Shown: positions 57,150 through 64,000 of the stretch, piece by piece
How the letters are laid out: every line of letters starts with the position of its first letter
Numbering within the stretch: position 1 is the stretch's first letter
Made by a program: the position numbers and the translations under genes
The notes under the pieces: generated by a model
Seen by the model: the letters and a program-made list of their open reading frames with translations, nothing else
Told to the model about the DNA's origin: nothing
Databases searched by the model: none
Origin: Macrostomum hystrix
Lineage: Eukaryota; Animalia; Platyhelminthes
NCBI GenBank assembly: GCA_950097015.1
Contig: CATNEN010000008.1
Location: 2,728,001-2,792,000, forward strand
Reading direction: 5' to 3'
DNA length: 64,000 bases

Positions 57150-59540
57150 TCTAGCTGTCAGTTATGGAAGCTAGCTGTTAGACAGTTGTGGAAGCTAGCT
57201 GTTAGGCAGTTGTGGAAGCTAGCTGTTAGACAGTTATAGAAGCTAGCTGTTAGGCAGTTGTGGAAGCTAGCTGTTAGACAGTTATAGAAGCTAGCTGTTA
57301 GACAGTTATAGAAGCTAGCTGTTAGACAGTTATAGAAGCTAGCTGTTAGACAGTTATAGAAGCTAGCTGTTAGACAGTTGTGGAAGCTAGCTGTTAGACA
57401 GTTGTGGAAGCTAGCTGTTAGACAGTTATAGAAGCTAGCTGTTAGACAGTTGTGGAAGCTAGCTGTTAGACAGTTGTGGAAGCTAGCTGTTAGACAGTTA
57501 TAGAAGCTAGCTGTTAGACAGTTGTGGAAGCTAGCTGTTAGACAGTTGTGGAAGCTAGCTGTTAGACAGTTGTGGAAGCTAGCTGTTAGACAGTTGTGGA
57601 AGCTAGCTGTTAGACAGTTGTGGAAGCTAGCTGTTAGACAGTTGTGGAAGCTAGCTGTTAGACAGTTGTGGAAGCTAGCTGTTAGACAGTTATGGAAGCT
57701 AGCTGTTAGACAGTTGTGGAAGCTAGCTGTTAGACAGTTGTGGAAGCTAGCTGTTAGGCAGTTGTGGAAGCTAGCTGTTAGACAGTTGTGGAAGCTAGCT
57801 GTTAGACAGTTATAGAAGCTAGCTGTTAGACAGTTGAGGAAGCTAGCTGTTAGACAGTTGTGGAAGCTAGCTGTTAGACAGTTGTGGAAGCTAGCTGTTA
57901 GGCAGTTGTGGAAGCTAGCTGTTAGACAGTTATAGAAGCTAGCTGTTAGACAGTTGTGGAAGCTAGCTGTTAGACAGTTGTGGAAGCTAGCTGTTAGGCA
58001 GTTGTGGAAGCTAGCTGTTAGACAGTTATAGAAGCTAGCTGTTAGACAGTTGTGGAAGCTAGCTGTTAGACAGTTATAGAAGTTAGCTGTTAGACAGTTG
58101 TGGACGCTAGCTGTTAGACAGTTGTGGAAGCTAGCTGTTAGACAGTTATAGAAGTTAGCTGTTAGACAGTTGTGGACGCTAGCTGTTAGACAGTTGTGGA
58201 AGCTAGCTGCTAGACAGTTGTGGAAGCTAGCTGTTAGACAGTTGTGGAAGCTAGCTGTTAGACAGTTGTGGAAGCTAGCTGTTAGACAGTTGTGGAAGCT
58301 AGCTGTTAGACAGTTGTGGAAGCTAGCTGTTAGACAGTTGTGGAAGCTAGCTGTTAGGCAGTTGTGGAAGCTAGCTGTTAGGCAGTTGTGGAAGCTAGCT
58401 GTTAGACAGTTATAGAAGCTAGCTGTTAGACAGTTGTGGAAGCTAGCTGTTAGACAGTTGTGGAAGCTAGCTGTTAGGCAGTTGTGGAAGCTAGCTGTTA
58501 GACAGTTGTGGAAGCTAGCTGTTAGACAGTTGTGGAAGCTAGCTGTTAGACAGTTGTGGAAGCTAGCTGTTAGGCAGTTGTGGAAGCTAGCTGTTAGACA
58601 GTTGTGGAAGCTAGCTGTTAGACAGTTGTGGAAGCTAGCTGTTAGGCAGTTGTGGAAGCTAGCTGTTAGACAGTTATAGAAGCTAGCTGTTAGACAGTTG
58701 TGGAAGCTAGCTGTTAGACAGTTGTGGAAGCTAGCTGTTAGGCAGTTGTGGAAGCTAGCTGTTAGACAGTTATAGAAGCTAGCTGTTAGACAGTTGTGGA
58801 AGCTAGCTGTTAGACAGTTGTGGAAGCTAGCTGTTAGACAGTTGTGGAAGCTAGCTGTTAGACAGTTATAGAAGCTAGCTGTTAGACAGTTGTGGAAGCT
58901 AGCTGTTAGACAGTTATAGAAGTTAGCTGTTAGACAGTTGTGGACGCTAGCTGTTAGACAGTTGTGGAAGCTAGCTGCTAGACAGTTGTGGAAGCTAGCT
59001 GTTAGACAGTTGTGAAAGCTAGCTGTTAGACAGTTGTGGAAGCTAGCTGTTAGACAGTTGTGGAAGCTAGCTGTTAGACAGTTGTGGAAGCTAGCTGTTA
59101 GACAGTTATAGAAGCTAGCTGTTAGACAGTTGTGAAAGCTAGCTGTTAGGCAGTTGTGGAAGCTAGCTGTTAGACAGTTGTGGAAGCTAGCTGTTAGACA
59201 GTTGTGGAAGCTAGCTGTTAGACAGTTATAGAAGTTAGCTGTTAGACAGTTGTGGAAGCTAGCTGTTAGACAGTTGTGGAAGCTAGCTGCTAGACAGTTG
59301 TGGAAGCTAGCTGTTAGAGAGTTGTGGAAGCTAGCTGTTAGACAGTTGAGGAAGCTAGCTGTTAGACAGTTGAGGAAGCTAGCTGTTAGACAGTTGTGGA
59401 AGCTAGCTGTTAGACAGTTGAGGAAGCTAGCTGTTAGACAGTTGAGGAAGCTAGCTGTTAGACAGTTGTGGAAGCTAGCTGTTAGACAGTTGTGGAAGCT
59501 AGCTGTTAGACAGTTGTGGAAGCTAGCTGTTAGACAGTTA
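57150..59540. repeat. 24-bp minisatellite (agctagctgttagacagttgtgga)
   Basis: About 99 units; the WKLAVRQL ORFs are artefacts. Confidence 0.97.
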
Positions 59541-60210
59541 TGCCATAGTATATGTAGGTAACTAAGCCTTCAATCGATAATGATCTCGTAAGTGAAGTGC
59601 AGTTTCATCTTATCGGGCCGTCATACAAGGCCAGGCCAAGTATGCGATGGGCGGTGGGGTTCCGGCCTATTCGTTCGATTCCGTGTCTTGGCAGTGATGT
59701 CAAGCATGAGAATTACACAAGTGCCTTCTAGTCCAGTGCGACCCACCCCAGAGATTCCTCTATTTCACTTTGCTTGCCAACCTCCACTCAAATAGGCCTC
59801 TATATATCCTCTCTTTTGGTGGTGGTGGTCAGTCAAAGAAAGTCCAAGAGAAATCATTTTCCACCCGAAGGGTCGGCCACTTTTTTTTCCGCAAGATTAG
59901 ACAAAACTGCGTCCATTTTTTTGACTCTTGGAAAATGACGACTAGACTTGTGCAGTTCGGTTGCTGAGGAGAATGCCAGGGAGTAGGGTGGCGAATTCTA
60001 TTTCACAGCTCTTTGTCTATGAATGTCCTCTGCGAGACTTAAGCGTTGGAACTCGTTCTGTAGGGATTTGAGGGGAAAACAGAGCACGAAAATCGGACTC
60101 AATCCTCTTCTCAGATTTTCTTTCTTGAAATTTTATTTCCATGCTTAATTTTCCATTTCACTTCGAGCGTCAACTTGAACTTTAGAGGTTTCGGGTGTCC
60201 GTCTGTTATA

Positions 60211-60467
60211 GGGGACTCACGACTTGAAGGTCGGGGGTTCGATTCCCGACTGTTTTGGAACATTTTGTGTCCTTTAACAAGACACTTAACTCTACATTGC
60301 TTCGATTCACGCAGCTGTTAAATGGCTACTTGAGGGTGGGTGTGGCGTCCCTCCCAGTCCATGGACTGAACAGCCGTACGCAGCTTCTGCAATTACAGCG
60401 GCTGAGCTGTCGGCTGCACATCTGGTTCGATTGGGGCAGGTGTAATCAATTATTAATTATTATTACT
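60211..60467 (+). mobile_element. Family A CORE-like SINE, slightly 5'-truncated, (ATT)n tail
   Basis: gactcacgacttgaaggtcgggggttcgattcccgac..gtgtcctttaacaagacacttaactc..ggggcaggtgtaatcaattatt. Confidence 0.8.
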
Positions 60468-60930
60468 GTCTGTCAGTTGTGGGTGTCTGTCAGTTGTGGG
60501 TGTGTCAGTCGTGGGTGTCTGTCAGTTGTGGGTGTGTCAGTCGTGGGTGTCTGTCAGTTGTGGGTGTCTGTCAGTTGTGGGTGTCTGTCAGTTGTGGGTG
60601 TGTCAGTCGTGGGTGTCTGTCAGTTGTGGGTGTGTCAGTCGTGGGTGTCTGTCAGTTGTGGGTGTGTCAGTCGTGGGTGTCTGTCAGTTGTGGGTGTGTC
60701 AGTCGTGGGTGTCTGTCAGTTGTGGGTGTGTCAGTCGTGGGTGTCTGTCAGTTGTGGGTGTCTGTCAGTTGTGGGTGTGTCAGTTGTGGGTGTGTCAGTT
60801 GTGGGTGTGTCAGTTGTGGGTGTGTCAGTTGTGGGTGTGTCAGTTGTGGGTGTGTCTGTTCTGGGTCAGTCAGTTGTGGGTGTGTCAGTCGTGGGTGTGT
60901 CAGTCGTGGGTGTCAGTCAGTCGTGGGTCT
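60468..60930. repeat. 15-17-bp minisatellite (ctgtcagttgtgggtgt)
   Basis: About 28 units beginning immediately after the SINE tail. Confidence 0.93.
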
Positions 60931-61644
60931 ATCTAAGTGAGTCAGTGAGTGTTGCAGGCTGTCAGTCATCAGTAGCTCGTATTCGTTCTCTAGCTGGGTC
61001 TTAAGCAAATTGGCAATATTTTTATTCCTTATTCCCCCCCACGTGACCTTCGGCCCGGTGACCCCACGGTCGATCGGTAATGAACCGCTCGGCCCAGCTT
61101 CATTCGGCAAATTATCGCTCATTTATTTTTGGTTCCGAATAAAAAAATGCCGTCAAACTCGGCCGTGATTTCCTGATTGACCAATAAAAATGGGCGCCGA
61201 CCGCATTAACTAAGCTCGCTGAGCACTGAGCACTGAGCTCTGAGCACTCGCTTTAATACAACTGCAGCGGATGTGGCCTACAAGCTGTAGAAATTTGCCA
61301 ATTTCCATCCTAACCCGTCTGCGTCCGACCCTCTGATGCAATCGGTTTGAGGAATGTTTATCCTCATCCCGACTGTCAATTTATTGGCGCAGCTTTCGTC
61401 ATTAGCATCTTCATCAATACTGGATGCCCCAATTCCTGAGCTGCTTATTCAAAGCCTCATATTCAGCGTTTTGCTTTTGCCAGTTAATTTTCGTCTCCCA
61501 TAATTTGTCTACTTGGTCCTGCCCACTCACTCTCTGTAATTCTGCTTGTGTGGTCAAATTTGTTTCATGCTCAATGTAACAAAAACTGCTCCAATTATCT
61601 TTGAGGTCATTAAAAAATTATCGAAAAATGCTTTTTGTTTGACA

Positions 61645-62780
61645 TGATGGGTATCAACTCTGGGGATCTGGTCATGATGAGCATCGAGTCTGGGGATCTG
61701 GTCATGATGGGTATCAACTCTGGGGATCTGGTCATGATGGGGATCGAGTCTGGGGATCTGGTCATGATGGGGATCGAGTCTGGAGATCTGGTCATGATGG
61801 TTACCAACTCTGGGGATCTGGTCATGATGGGTATCAACTCTGGGGATCTGGTCATGATGGGTATCAACTCTGGAGATCTGGTCATGATGGTTACCAACTC
61901 TGGGGATCTGGTCATGATGGTTACCAACTCTGGGGATCTGGTCATGATGGTTACCAACTCTGGGGATCTGGTCATGATGGGTATCAACTCTGGAGATCTG
62001 GTCATGATGGTTACCAACTCTGGGGATCTGGTCATGATGGTTACCAACTCTGGGGATCTGGTCATGATGGGTATCAACTCTGGGGATCTGGTCATGATGG
62101 TTATCAACTCTGGGGATCTGGTCATGATGAGCATCGAGTCTGGGGATCTGGTCATGATGGTTATCAACTCTGGGGATCTGGTCATGATGGGTATCAACTC
62201 TGGGGATCTGGTCATGATGAGCATCGAGTCTGGGGATCTGGTCATGATGGTTATCAACTCTGGGGATCTGGTCATGATGGGTATCAACTCTGGGGATCTG
62301 GTCATGATGGGTATCAACTCTGGGGATCTGGTCATGATGGTTATCAACTCTGGGGATCTGGTCATGATGAGCATCGAGTCTGGGGATCTGGTCATGATGG
62401 TTATCAACTCTGGGGATCTGGTCATGATGGTTACCAACTCTGGGGATCTGGTCATGATGGGTATCAACTCTGGGGATCTGGTCATGATGAGCATCGAGTC
62501 TGGGGATCTGGTCATGATGGTTATCAACTCTGGGGATCTGGTCATGATGAGCATCGAGTCTGGGGATCTGGTCATGATGGGTATCAACTCTGGGGATCTG
62601 GTCATGATGGGGATCGAGTCTGGGGATCTGGTCATGATGGGGATCGAGTCTGGAGATCTGGTCATGATGGTTACCAACTCTGGGGATCTGGTCATGATGG
62701 GTATCAACTCTGGGGATCTGGTCATGATGGGTATCAACTCTGGGGATCTGGTCATAATGGGGATTGAGTCTGGGGATGTT
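61645..62780. repeat. 30-bp minisatellite (tggggatctggtcatgatgggtatcaactc)
   Basis: About 38 units; explains the three long ORFs 61554-62822. Confidence 0.97.
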
Positions 62781-63389
62781 ATTTCTATCAATCAATTTTC
62801 AAACAAACAAGTTAATACGTGACCAGTTATTTCAATTCAATTCAATCTAATAATCTTCTCATTAGATGTCCGTCAAACAACTCAAACGTAGACCCTACTC
62901 ACAATGCAAATGTATACTTTTTAGAAACAAACTACCTAAGCTGAGCTGCAAAACAGCTGTTAGCTGCAGTGGGTTCTGTTCTTCTCTCCCCTCCGCTGCT
63001 GCCCGCAAAGAAAAAAAATTGCTCAACTAAGCAGAAGGCAAAAGTGAGGCTTGACATCAGGGCTGTGTGATTTGGAGCCTGAAGTAGAGCTCTTGCTTTG
63101 TTGCCTACTAAAAGAAGAAACGAATGAGGTTGGGCCATTGTTGATGCCTAGACTGGCGCACTTCCCAATGACTAGCCAGAATGTCCGCTACCTACTGGCA
63201 GCAGACGGTGCCTCGGGTCTTTGAACCGTGGCAGTGCTAGCAGCCTATTGAAGGCTTTCAATCAGCATACTGATGTTTTTGTTCAAGCATAGAATAACAA
63301 TGATACGTAAAGGTGGTCTTTAATCTAAATAAATATTACCTAGGGGATTAAACTACTCACAGTTTGTAACACGCAGTGCTAAAAAAATT

Positions 63390-64000
63390 GCATCTGAGGA
63401 TCTGGAGATAATGGGTGTTGAGTCTGAGGATCTGGAGATGATGGGTGTTGAGTCTGAGGATCTGGACATAATAGGTGTTGAGTCTGAGGATCTGGAGATG
63501 ATGGGTGTTGAGTCTGAGGATCTGGACATAATAGGTGTTGAGTCTGAGGATCTGGAGATGATGGGTGTTGAGTCTGAGGATCTGGACATGATGGGTGCTG
63601 AGTCTGAGGATCTGGAGATGATGGGTGTTGAGTCTGAGGATCTTGAGATAATAGGTGTTGAGTCTGAGGATCTGGAGATGATAGGTGTTGAGTCTGAGGA
63701 TCAGGAGATAATAGGTGTTAAGTCTGAGGATCTGGAGATGATGGGTGTTGAGTCTGAGGATCTGGAGATGATATGTGTTGAGTCTGAGGATCAGGAGATA
63801 ATAGGTGTTGAGTCTGAGGATCTGGAGATGATGGGTGTTGAGTCTGAGGATCTGGAGATGATATGTGTTGAGTCTGAGGATCTGGAGATGATGGGTGTTG
63901 AGTCTGAGGATCTGGACATGATGGGTGCTGAGTCTGAGGATCTGGAGATGATGGGTGTTGAGTCTGAGGATCTTGAGATAATAGGTGTTGAGTCTGAGGA
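63390..64000. repeat. 30-bp minisatellite (tgaggatctggagatgatgggtgttgagtc), runs off the window
   Basis: At least 20 units; about 23/30 identical to the 61645 array unit. Confidence 0.97.

Noticed and set aside
61554-62822. Three about 400-aa repeat ORFs
   Set aside because: 30-bp minisatellite; overlapping ORFs on both strands, no unique domain.

Overview
Eukaryotic (metazoan) genomic DNA. GC-rich exons, AT-rich spacers and large intronic minisatellites suggest a free-living flatworm such as Macrostomum, but that assignment is inference only. Recognisable genes are an intronless kindlin/fermitin (-), the 5' half of Hrs/HGS (VHS-FYVE-UIM, -), a PAN + C-type lectin pseudogene (+), CCDC47, a classical SDR, FBXO22 and Erlin (all +). 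Roughly 40% of the window is tandem repeat. About 25 different minisatellites (14-55 bp units) are present, and most long introns hold their own array. There are also two tRNA-derived SINE families (one with a CORE-like domain) and several MITEs, including a 53-bp element with a perfect 8-bp TSD. Most long ORFs in the supplied track are repeat artefacts. The most unusual observations: (1) intronic arrays built from copies of the exon-intron junction (about 110 copies of the true donor context in FBXO22 intron 2); (2) an 11-bp core shared by otherwise unrelated arrays; (3) a divergent kindlin sitting on the same strand just after an apparently unfinished Hrs gene; (4) a CAAGGACCACT-ended transposon family. 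From 42 to 64 kb only candidate exons could be seen, with no identifiable gene. All coordinates and alignments were read by eye.
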